A DNA stretch of 64,000 bases from a virus. Taxonomy: Duplodnaviria; Caudoviricetes. A program made the translations under genes and the position numbers. The stretch lies in the IMG/VR virus record IMGVR_UViG_3300028591_000070, positions 224,001-288,000 of that record; one strand, given 5' to 3'. The notes below the pieces were generated by a model. The model was not told the DNA's origin, made no database searches, and saw only the letters and a program-made list of their open reading frames with translations. This document shows, one piece after another, positions 57,007 to 64,000 of this stretch. Numbering within the stretch: position 1 is the first letter of the stretch; every line of letters begins with the position of its first letter.

Positions 57007-57043
57007 GCTTTACAAAAAAGTATATTCTATATAAGAGGTAGAT
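56998..57043 (+). promoter_or_regulatory. internal early-class promoter plus SD between the topo IB halves
   Basis: TTGAAT(56998-57003)-N17-TATATT(57021-57026)-CTATATAAGAGGT. Confidence 0.8.
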
Positions 57044-57835
57044 ATGAAAACTATTACATTAAACTTTGTAGGTAAGAGTTCAGTTCCATTTAACCGTACT
57101 ATTGAAGTTTCTGATGAACTTTATGAAGTAATTAAACGAAGCCAGGAAAATAAAAAACCAACTGATGAAATCTTTGATATGGTTGACTCTGGTGATGTAG
57201 GAAACTTTTTGAAGGAAGTTGATAAAAGTTTCTCACCTAAAGTTTTGCGTACAGCTCGTTGTAATAGTGTTCTTGTTGAAAATCTTAAAAAGCAGAAGGT
57301 TGATAAAAACTCGACAGAAACCCAGAAGCTTGAGGCAATTTATAATGCAAATTATGCTATTGCTAAAGAGCTTAATCACCAGAAAAATATCGGCAAAAAT
57401 CAGTCAAACAATGAGGAAAAAGCAAATACAAATCTTCAGAATGCTAAAGATAAATTAAAGACTCTTAAAAAAGAGTCTAAGGCAAAACTTGCTGATATTG
57501 ATAATCAGGAAAAAAGCTTTGAAGAAAAATATGCAAAAATGCCTCAGATGCTCGAAGCTAAAAAGGCCGCATTGAAAATTGCTCGTGAAAAAATTGCAGA
57601 ACGTATTAAAAAGCAAGAAGCAACTGTTTCAAAGAACGAATTGAAAGCTAAGAAAACTTCTGAAACTGCTGATATTGCTCTTGGTACATCCCTTGGAAAT
57701 TATGCTGACCCACGTATTATCTATTCTTGGTGTAAAGATGTAGACCTTCCTATTGGAAAAGTTTATAATAAAAACTTACAGGAAAAATTTGAATGGGCAA
57801 AAGATACTCCTGCAGATTATTGGAGAAAAATATAG
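57044..57835 (+). CDS. type IB topoisomerase, eukaryote-like, C-terminal half
   Basis: LNFVGKSS, PKVLRT, NANY.IA..LNHQK, coiled-coil linker, IALGTSLGNYADPRI, KFEWA. Confidence 0.92.
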   Translation: MKTITLNFVGKSSVPFNRTIEVSDELYEVIKRSQENKKPTDEIFDMVDSGDVGNFLKEVDKSFSPKVLRTARCNSVLVENLKKQKVDKNSTETQKLEAIYNANYAIAKELNHQKNIGKNQSNNEEKANTNLQNAKDKLKTLKKESKAKLADIDNQEKSFEEKYAKMPQMLEAKKAALKIAREKIAERIKKQEATVSKNELKAKKTSETADIALGTSLGNYADPRIIYSWCKDVDLPIGKVYNKNLQEKFEWAKDTPADYWRKI

Positions 57836-58330
57836 ATGTTTGAAAGCTCAAGCGAAGATAATAGATTTTTTAAAGCCCTTGATGATTTTGTCCAACGAAT
57901 GAAGAGTACTTTTACAAGTGATTTTCATCAAGGCTTTATAAAAGAGTCGGAATATCAACGATTATTACACCTTATGCTTAGAAATCCTCATATGACAAGA
58001 GGCGCCGGCTTTGGTAATATGCTTCTTGAGAAAGATGGGATTAGAATTCTCATAGAAGATGATAAACTTTATGTGCATTATACTTATTTTAAACGAGAAG
58101 ACGACTCTAAGTTAAGTTCTCCTTATGCTATTTTTATTAAAAACTCTAACAAGCCAGTAAGATATTATAATTATTATGTAGACCATTCTGGTAATTTTAG
58201 TTTTAAGCAGCAGCGTGATTTAGTAGATATTATGACAGAATTTGGACTTACTAAAGAAGAAGCTGAAGCCTATGAAAAAATTTCAAGAGATGAGATACAA
58301 GACTTAAGTGAAGAGGAGAAAGAATGTTAA
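57836..58330 (+). CDS. hypothetical protein
   Basis: Coupled ORF. Confidence 0.7.
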   Translation: MFESSSEDNRFFKALDDFVQRMKSTFTSDFHQGFIKESEYQRLLHLMLRNPHMTRGAGFGNMLLEKDGIRILIEDDKLYVHYTYFKREDDSKLSSPYAIFIKNSNKPVRYYNYYVDHSGNFSFKQQRDLVDIMTEFGLTKEEAEAYEKISRDEIQDLSEEEKEC

Positions 58331-59418
58331 ATATTTATGACCCAAGTGAATATAGTAAAAAACTTAAAAAAGTTGCTACAGTAAAAGGCACAACTTTAAG
58401 GTCTATTGAAATTTCCTTTCTTATTGATGAACACTCTAAATATAACTTAAAAGTTTATGGTAGAGAACATTATGATAGACAGAGTTTTTATGATTGGGAC
58501 TCAGATCATCGTGATAATAAAAATGATGCTGAAGAAAGAGTATGGTTTATATTAAGACAACCTTGGATTAAGCTTCCAGATTTTCTTAATATTTGGTGTG
58601 AAAATCATACACCTTGTTCTTGGAGTGATCCTAAACTTACAACACCTCCTAAAGACTTAGAGTTTTCTCCATTTGAGAAAAAAGTTGAAGATTATTTTGA
58701 CAAAAACAATTTTTTACTTGGAGAACTAGCAACAAATAATGATGTTGCTGACTATAAAGAGGCACTACAAGAATATAAAAATGATGAATTTGAGGGCAAT
58801 TTTGAACATTTTTTAAGAACAGGTGGAAGTTTTCCATTTGATAGGCGTGGCTTGCTCTATCATGCAGGATATGCTAAAATTACTAGTTCTTTAATGGCAA
58901 ATTTCTTAAATTATCTTAATGATAAAGATATAAACATCAGTGCCTGCGAGTTTAAAGATTATGATGCTCCAAAACTTACAACATCATTTAAAATTTGTTT
59001 TGAAGATTTTGATGGTCCACCTGCTAAAGCAAAAGAACTTTTTGAAGCTTATGCAGAGGAGTTTGGTTTATATCGCCATCTTATAAATATTTATTTTGAT
59101 GAAACTGAACCTATTGAGAAAGCTCCTGCCTTACTTGGAATTAAGATAAAAGTTTCAAGTCATACTCCATCAAAGTCATCATCGGCTCTTGTGCCGCAAG
59201 GTACTCTTTTGGATCAAAATGGAGTTCTTATTGAAGTTGGGGATGTCATTGCTTATCCAAGAGGTGGTGACCACAATTACTATTGCCTCTATTATGGAAA
59301 GGTTGTGGCTAATACAGCAAAAATGGTTATTATGGAAGATGACTCTCAGGCTCGTCATGATAAAGTAATGGTTATTAAATCTAAAAATCCAAATAAAAAA
59401 TTGCCATGGGACGATTAA
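58324..59418 (+). CDS. hypothetical protein with C-terminal SH3/KOW-like module
   Basis: LDQNGVLIEVGDVIAY...YGKVV at the C-terminus. Confidence 0.7.
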   Translation: MLNIYDPSEYSKKLKKVATVKGTTLRSIEISFLIDEHSKYNLKVYGREHYDRQSFYDWDSDHRDNKNDAEERVWFILRQPWIKLPDFLNIWCENHTPCSWSDPKLTTPPKDLEFSPFEKKVEDYFDKNNFLLGELATNNDVADYKEALQEYKNDEFEGNFEHFLRTGGSFPFDRRGLLYHAGYAKITSSLMANFLNYLNDKDINISACEFKDYDAPKLTTSFKICFEDFDGPPAKAKELFEAYAEEFGLYRHLINIYFDETEPIEKAPALLGIKIKVSSHTPSKSSSALVPQGTLLDQNGVLIEVGDVIAYPRGGDHNYYCLYYGKVVANTAKMVIMEDDSQARHDKVMVIKSKNPNKKLPWDD

Positions 59419-59672
59419 AAAAACTTACAAATAAACAAAGACTTTTCGAAATAAGTAAAGCTCTTCTAACAGCTAAAGAGCCTGAAATTGTTGAAAAGTT
59501 GGGTACTTATATTTATGATGTAAGTAATGTTTATACAAATGGAAAGATTGCTCAAATTGAAATCTCTGATGAGAGAGGAAATAAAATTATTTATCAATTT
59601 GATAAGCCTAAACTATGGAAAGGTGAGCCACAATTAGATAGAGCTCACCTTGTAGGAGAAAACAATGTCTAA
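59406..59672 (+). CDS. hypothetical protein
   Basis: Overlapping ORF in the operon. Confidence 0.6.
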   Translation: MGRLKKLTNKQRLFEISKALLTAKEPEIVEKLGTYIYDVSNVYTNGKIAQIEISDERGNKIIYQFDKPKLWKGEPQLDRAHLVGENNV

Positions 59673-60567
59673 AAGAGTACATTACTGTGATGACTGTTAT
59701 AATTCTTACGATATTATACGCTTATATGATGGTGAAGAAGATAAACCATTCGCAAAAGTATATAATGCTTCTGAGATAGAAAAGAAATTATTTCCTAGAG
59801 AATGGAAGCCAGAATTTCAAGAGTCACTATATAATCTCTCTTCATGGCCAAAAGACTCTTATGCTATTATGTTTAGTGGTGGTTTTGATAGTTTGTCTTT
59901 AGCATTAAGACATTTGGAGAAAGGTGAAAGAGTTTTTCTTTTATCAATTGGTTTTTCAGAGGAGAGAACAACTAGTTCTCTAACAGTTAAATTATTAAAA
60001 TCAATTTACAATGATGCCGTTATTGGACCTATTAAACTTTTTGCGCCTATTTTCATAGATTTGGAAGGTGGTAATGGATTAGTACAACAGCCTTTTACCG
60101 CTTTCTATGCTGCTCATATGCCAGATAGAGTTAGACAAGTAGTTAAAGCTGTAGAATGTGCGTATGTTTTAAATGATGATGCTATATCTTTTCAGAATGA
60201 ACTAAAGGCAATTTATAATAATTCTGTTAAGTGCCACATCCTTGACAAAGAGAATCCTCCATTAAAGTTTCCACTTACTAAAGTTTCGCATTATGAAAAT
60301 CTTGAATATGTTGCAGGTATTGAGAAAAAATATCAAATTATTTTCCCAGCACTCTCTTCAGAAGGTTTAATTTGTAATAAGTATACAGATAAAAATGATA
60401 ATACTTTGTATACAATACAAGGTGGTACAAACTCTGATAAGCCTAATAAAAAGTGTGATATAAGTGGTTATCTTATTTTAGAAAAATCAGCGAGAAAAGC
60501 ATTTCCAAGATTAAAGCTTAAGTCAAAACTTGAAAAGCTTGAAGACCCCGTACAGATAAAGTGTTAA
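59665..60567 (+). CDS. PP-loop ATP pyrophosphatase, QueC-like
   Basis: AIMFSGGFDS PP-loop; FPL...; lacks the QueC terminal Cys cluster. Confidence 0.65.
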   Translation: MSKRVHYCDDCYNSYDIIRLYDGEEDKPFAKVYNASEIEKKLFPREWKPEFQESLYNLSSWPKDSYAIMFSGGFDSLSLALRHLEKGERVFLLSIGFSEERTTSSLTVKLLKSIYNDAVIGPIKLFAPIFIDLEGGNGLVQQPFTAFYAAHMPDRVRQVVKAVECAYVLNDDAISFQNELKAIYNNSVKCHILDKENPPLKFPLTKVSHYENLEYVAGIEKKYQIIFPALSSEGLICNKYTDKNDNTLYTIQGGTNSDKPNKKCDISGYLILEKSARKAFPRLKLKSKLEKLEDPVQIKC

Positions 60568-60624
60568 TATTATTTTATTGTGGGTTGAAATAAACTCATA
60601 AAGTTCAAAAGGAGAATAAACACA

Positions 60625-61428
60625 ATGACAAAAACATTGGGTGATCGTATGAAAGAATATGAAAATGTCACAGATGCATCCCTTTATCATAGGATGCCAA
60701 TAATTTTAAGAATCGATGGAAGAGCATTCCATACCCTCACTTCCTTTATGGAAAAGCCTTATGATAATAATTTTATCAATCTCATGAATAATACAATGAT
60801 TGAGGTTTTTAATTCTTTTCCAGATGCAACTCTTGGATATGTACAGTCTGATGAAATCAGCATTCTTATGTGTCCATATGCTACTTATGAAACTGAGCCT
60901 GTTTTTGGTGCTCGTATTCAGAAAATCAGTTCAGTAGCCGCTTCTATTGCCACTCAAGCATTCATTAAAAATCTTTACAAGATGACTCAGTCTGATGAAA
61001 CTAAAGAATGGGCAGAAAAATGTCTTAATGGAAATATTACTTTTGACTGTAGATGCTTTAATCTTCCAAAAGAAGAAGTAATAAATTATTTTAGATTTAG
61101 ACAGCAAGATTGTACAAGAAACTCAATTTTGAATGCAGGACATTTTTATATTGGAAAGAAAAAATGCCATGGATTTAAGACTCCAGATATTATTGAAGCC
61201 TTAAAAGAAAAAAGCATTGACTATTGGACTACTTGGCCAAATTATGTTCATTATGGACGCTCATGTTATAGAGGAGAAGATGGCCATACAAAACTCTGGA
61301 CTCTTGTTTATGGAGCTAAAGATGTCGCCCTCGCTGTAGATAAGATGGTAAACTTCAATTATGAAAATCGCTCAGAATATATTGAAATGTTAGAGAGGTG
61401 TGTCAATGATACTGAATCCAGTAGGTGA
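60625..61428 (+). CDS. tRNA(His) guanylyltransferase Thg1-like 3'-5' polymerase
   Basis: RMKEYE, LRIDGRAFH, YVQSDEISIL, FDCR, RQQDC.RNS; GTTAATATT at 60563-60571. Confidence 0.93.
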   Translation: MTKTLGDRMKEYENVTDASLYHRMPIILRIDGRAFHTLTSFMEKPYDNNFINLMNNTMIEVFNSFPDATLGYVQSDEISILMCPYATYETEPVFGARIQKISSVAASIATQAFIKNLYKMTQSDETKEWAEKCLNGNITFDCRCFNLPKEEVINYFRFRQQDCTRNSILNAGHFYIGKKKCHGFKTPDIIEALKEKSIDYWTTWPNYVHYGRSCYRGEDGHTKLWTLVYGAKDVALAVDKMVNFNYENRSEYIEMLERCVNDTESSR

Positions 61429-61567
61429 AGTTGTTATAAATGACGATGGTAGTTTGAGTGTCATTACCTCAAATGGCCAGAAGTTGTCTATGCTTGAAGC
61501 TGAGAAGTTGAAAGCTAAAATTGAACATAAAGAGCCAGAAGTTCATATTTATACAACGGAGGATTAA
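61406..61567 (+). CDS. 53-aa hypothetical protein (not in ORF track)
   Basis: GAGGTG SD; MILNPVGEVVINDDGSLSV...; fills the Thg1-dCMP deaminase gap exactly. Confidence 0.6.
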   Translation: MILNPVGEVVINDDGSLSVITSNGQKLSMLEAEKLKAKIEHKEPEVHIYTTED

Positions 61568-62068
61568 ATGACTGTTGCTCAGAAAAAATTAAGTTGGGAT
61601 AAATCCTTTCTAAGAATAGCATGGGAATATGCGACACATTCAACTTGTTCTAGAAAACATGTTGGAGCCTTAATTGTAAAAGATGGTAGAATTGTTGCAA
61701 CTGGTTTTAATGGTACTCCTAAAGGTTTTGAAAACTGTAAAGATAAATTCAAAAATATCAATTGGAAAGAGCAACCATTAGATGGCCCTTTAAGTAAAGA
61801 ACATCATTCTTTTTCAGAAAAATATGAAATTCATGCTGAGCAAAATGCGTTATTAACTCTTATTCATAATGAAACAAATTGTGATGGAGCAACTTTATAT
61901 ACAACATTAAGTCCTTGTTCTACTTGTGCCAAAATGATTGTTCAGTCTGGGATTATAAGAGTTGTTTATGAAGAAGAATATGACAGAGATACTTCAGGTG
62001 TTGATTTACTGAGAGATATGGGTATTGAAGTTTGTCATATTCCATTTTTTGATAAGGAGAAAAAATAA
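61568..62068 (+). CDS. dCMP deaminase (ComEB family)
   Basis: STC..KHVGA, GFNG.P, HAEQN, SPCSTC. Confidence 0.93.
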   Translation: MTVAQKKLSWDKSFLRIAWEYATHSTCSRKHVGALIVKDGRIVATGFNGTPKGFENCKDKFKNINWKEQPLDGPLSKEHHSFSEKYEIHAEQNALLTLIHNETNCDGATLYTTLSPCSTCAKMIVQSGIIRVVYEEEYDRDTSGVDLLRDMGIEVCHIPFFDKEKK

Positions 62069-62359
62069 ATGGAAACAACAAATTTTATGCAGGAAATTCC
62101 AAATTCTTCATTTACAATTGGAGATTTAATCGAGGCTGAGATTAAAAATGCTAATGGCCTTTGGGACCTTGTAAAAGGTCGTATTACAAATGATGTAAAT
62201 AATGCTATGCTAATAACTATACTAGAAGTAGATGAAAATGGAAACTTGAATTTTAATGCTGGTGGATTTACTTCTTTCCATCTAAAAGACCTAGAAATGA
62301 GAAATGTTAAAGTCTTAGAAAAAGGACCATGGCATAAGCTTATTTGTGGAGAAGACTAA
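62069..62359 (+). CDS. hypothetical protein (SH3-like)
   Basis: FTIGDLIE...VKGRI. Confidence 0.6.
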   Translation: METTNFMQEIPNSSFTIGDLIEAEIKNANGLWDLVKGRITNDVNNAMLITILEVDENGNLNFNAGGFTSFHLKDLEMRNVKVLEKGPWHKLICGED

Positions 62360-62868
62360 TGACAACAGATGAAACTTTAAAAACTCAAGAAGAAGAACTC
62401 AAAGAACATTTTGAAAGATTTTGGAAAACAGCGTCTAAAGATTTTGTAAATGGTAATATTTCTGCCAAAGAATTTGGATATATGCTCTATAAACAAGGGC
62501 ATCTAGACCAAACACCTCAGGGAGTTGATATTGACCCAGATATTTTTGCAGACAACTACCAAAGAGATGCATTTATTAAATTTGTTGAAGAGTGTCTTGA
62601 ACATCCAAGCTCAACAACTGAAGCATCTAAAAACGATTATGCTTTGGTAGCTTATAAATGCCCGGGCCATGATAAGTGTATTGCTTGGCCAGATAGATGT
62701 GAGGATATAGGCGGTGATGGAGAAGTTTGTACAACTCTTATCAACCTTTCTAAATTGTGTGGTGTTCAGAAAACAGATGATGGCTTTATTCCAAAAGTTG
62801 ATACTAAAGCAATGCTTACACCTGATGAAGTAAAAACTCTTTCTGAGATTGTAGCGAGATATAAATAA
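62344..62868 (+). CDS. hypothetical protein
   Basis: Coupled ORF; start probably ATG 62359. Confidence 0.65.
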   Translation: MWRRLMTTDETLKTQEEELKEHFERFWKTASKDFVNGNISAKEFGYMLYKQGHLDQTPQGVDIDPDIFADNYQRDAFIKFVEECLEHPSSTTEASKNDYALVAYKCPGHDKCIAWPDRCEDIGGDGEVCTTLINLSKLCGVQKTDDGFIPKVDTKAMLTPDEVKTLSEIVARYK

Positions 62869-63314
62869 TGAGCTGCGGTTCAAGAAAACTTTTAGTATGT
62901 GGGTCTCGTACTATTCGAGATACCACTTATATCCAAGGTCCTACTCAGTGGGCTAAAGACCAAATTGAAGCATATTGGTATTGGAATCTAGCAGGATATG
63001 AAGACCTTACAATGATTGAGGGTGCTGCAAAAGGTATTGATACTATTGCTAAAGAATATGCTCAAGAAAATGACTGGAAAATTGAAGAATACCCAGCCGA
63101 TTGGGATAAATATGGAAAAAGTGCAGGTTTTATTCGTAATGAGATTATGGTGAAAGCTGCAGATGAAGTTTTAATATTGTGGGATGGTGAGAGTAAAGGT
63201 ACCAAAAACGATATTGACTTATGCGAAAAATATAATAAGCCTTATAAGGTTTTAATATATAATGACAAGGTAAAAGAAACTTATGTTGAAAAATATCTAA
63301 AGGAGAATAAATAA
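62868..63314 (+). CDS. SLOG-superfamily (YspA/DUF2493-like) protein
   Basis: VCGSR, GAAKG.D, YPADW.KYGKSAG.IRN..M, WDGESKGT. Confidence 0.88.
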   Translation: MSCGSRKLLVCGSRTIRDTTYIQGPTQWAKDQIEAYWYWNLAGYEDLTMIEGAAKGIDTIAKEYAQENDWKIEEYPADWDKYGKSAGFIRNEIMVKAADEVLILWDGESKGTKNDIDLCEKYNKPYKVLIYNDKVKETYVEKYLKENK

Positions 63315-63889
63315 TGGGACGAGAATTTGAAGCTAAAGTTTTGATTTCCGCTGATGAGTTTATTGATTTAATCAGAGAATGGAGTCTTACTTTTTCTCAG
63401 AAAAAGAGTGATGTTTATTGGTCTAAATATGCTTCAACTGAAGAAGCACTTAAGAATGGTGAAAGTCTTACTCGTATTAGAATAGAAGAAGATAATGCTT
63501 TTCTTACTCTTAAACAGAAAAATAAGACAGATGGTTTTGAAAATAATAAAGAATATGAGACAAGAGTTTTAGATGTAAATGTTTTACAGAAACTTTTGGA
63601 AGAAGCAGGATATAGCCCTTATTTCAAAAAGTATAAAACATCATATATGCTTAAAAGCACTGTAAACAGAGTTGACGTTCATACCGAAATTGAAATGGTT
63701 GAAAACTCCACTCATCCTAATAAAGAAACTTATAAGCGTTTTTATGCTATTGAGATTGAAGCTATTCCACCTATTGGTGTTTATCCAGATGATGAAGAAC
63801 TTATAAATATTGTAAAAGAAGAATTTTCAAAATATGGAAAAACAGAAGCAGATTTTGAAACAAGAAGTTGGAGAGAACTTTTAAGTTAA
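63314..63889 (+). CDS. CYTH-domain protein (class IV adenylate cyclase CyaB-like / triphosphatase)
   Basis: ExExK (REFEAK), DVYW, RIR, LTLK, EYET, IEIE. Confidence 0.85.
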   Translation: MGREFEAKVLISADEFIDLIREWSLTFSQKKSDVYWSKYASTEEALKNGESLTRIRIEEDNAFLTLKQKNKTDGFENNKEYETRVLDVNVLQKLLEEAGYSPYFKKYKTSYMLKSTVNRVDVHTEIEMVENSTHPNKETYKRFYAIEIEAIPPIGVYPDDEELINIVKEEFSKYGKTEADFETRSWRELLS

Positions 63890-64000
63890 TGTTTAAGCAA
63901 AATGAATATAGAGAAGAAGATTTCTCAGATCATTATAATCTTTATAAAGGTAAAGAAAGAAATATTTCTCTAAATGGTTGGGTTTTTGATAGATTCAATC

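Larger units (their letters stand above)
1..64000. other. Segment of a large (jumbo-like) tailed dsDNA phage genome, anaerobic host
   Basis: Dense small hypothetical ORFs; T4-like topo II, SSB, RNase H and Mre11; tape-measure- and baseplate-like genes; a lone bS21; anaerobic RNR; no cellular housekeeping operons. Confidence 0.9.

Noticed and set aside
57007-57043. Intron, intein or sequencing frameshift in topo IB
   Set aside because: The gap is only 37 nt and consists of a canonical promoter plus SD cassette; no splicing elements are visible
1-64000. Stop-codon reassignment as seen in some gut jumbo phages
   Set aside because: Conserved genes (nrdD, recA, topo II) are full length in code 11, and TAG/TGA terminate genes at sensible, coupled positions
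1-64000. tRNA genes, rRNA or CRISPR array
   Set aside because: No cloverleaf/T-loop signatures or regularly spaced repeats found by eye; intergenic gaps are mostly too short

Overview
AT-rich (about 30% GC by eye), gene-dense segment of a large tailed phage, probably a jumbo myovirus, infecting an anaerobic bacterium. It uses the standard genetic code. I saw no tRNA, rRNA, CRISPR array, integrase or transposase. The window carries a hybrid replication/recombination set: T4-like SSB, 5'-3' exonuclease, two-subunit type II topoisomerase, Mre11/gp47-like nuclease and RecA/UvsX, plus a bacterial-type clamp and DnaX-like loader. Nucleotide and host-takeover genes include NrdD/NrdG, dCMP deaminase, Thg1, ribosomal protein bS21, an intact membrane GGDEF diguanylate cyclase, a CYTH protein and an R-S-E ADP-ribosyltransferase. 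Tail genes include gp15-like+FN3, gp48-like and tape-measure-like proteins. Three highlights: (1) a 7.6-kb array of nine paralogous ~280-aa radical SAM proteins with an N-terminal twitch/SPASM-like Cys module. They are driven from three back-to-back copies of an ACTAAT motif that also precedes the tail genes, which suggests a late, possibly virion-modifying, system. (2) A eukaryote/Thaumarchaeota-like type IB topoisomerase split into two separately promoted genes, with the break inside the catalytic core. (3) Three promoter-like motif classes (TTGAAW-N17-TATAWT, GTTAATATT, ACTAAT) that sort genes into early-, replication- and late-like sets, often with leaderless starts. All family assignments come from motif recognition by eye, not from database searches.
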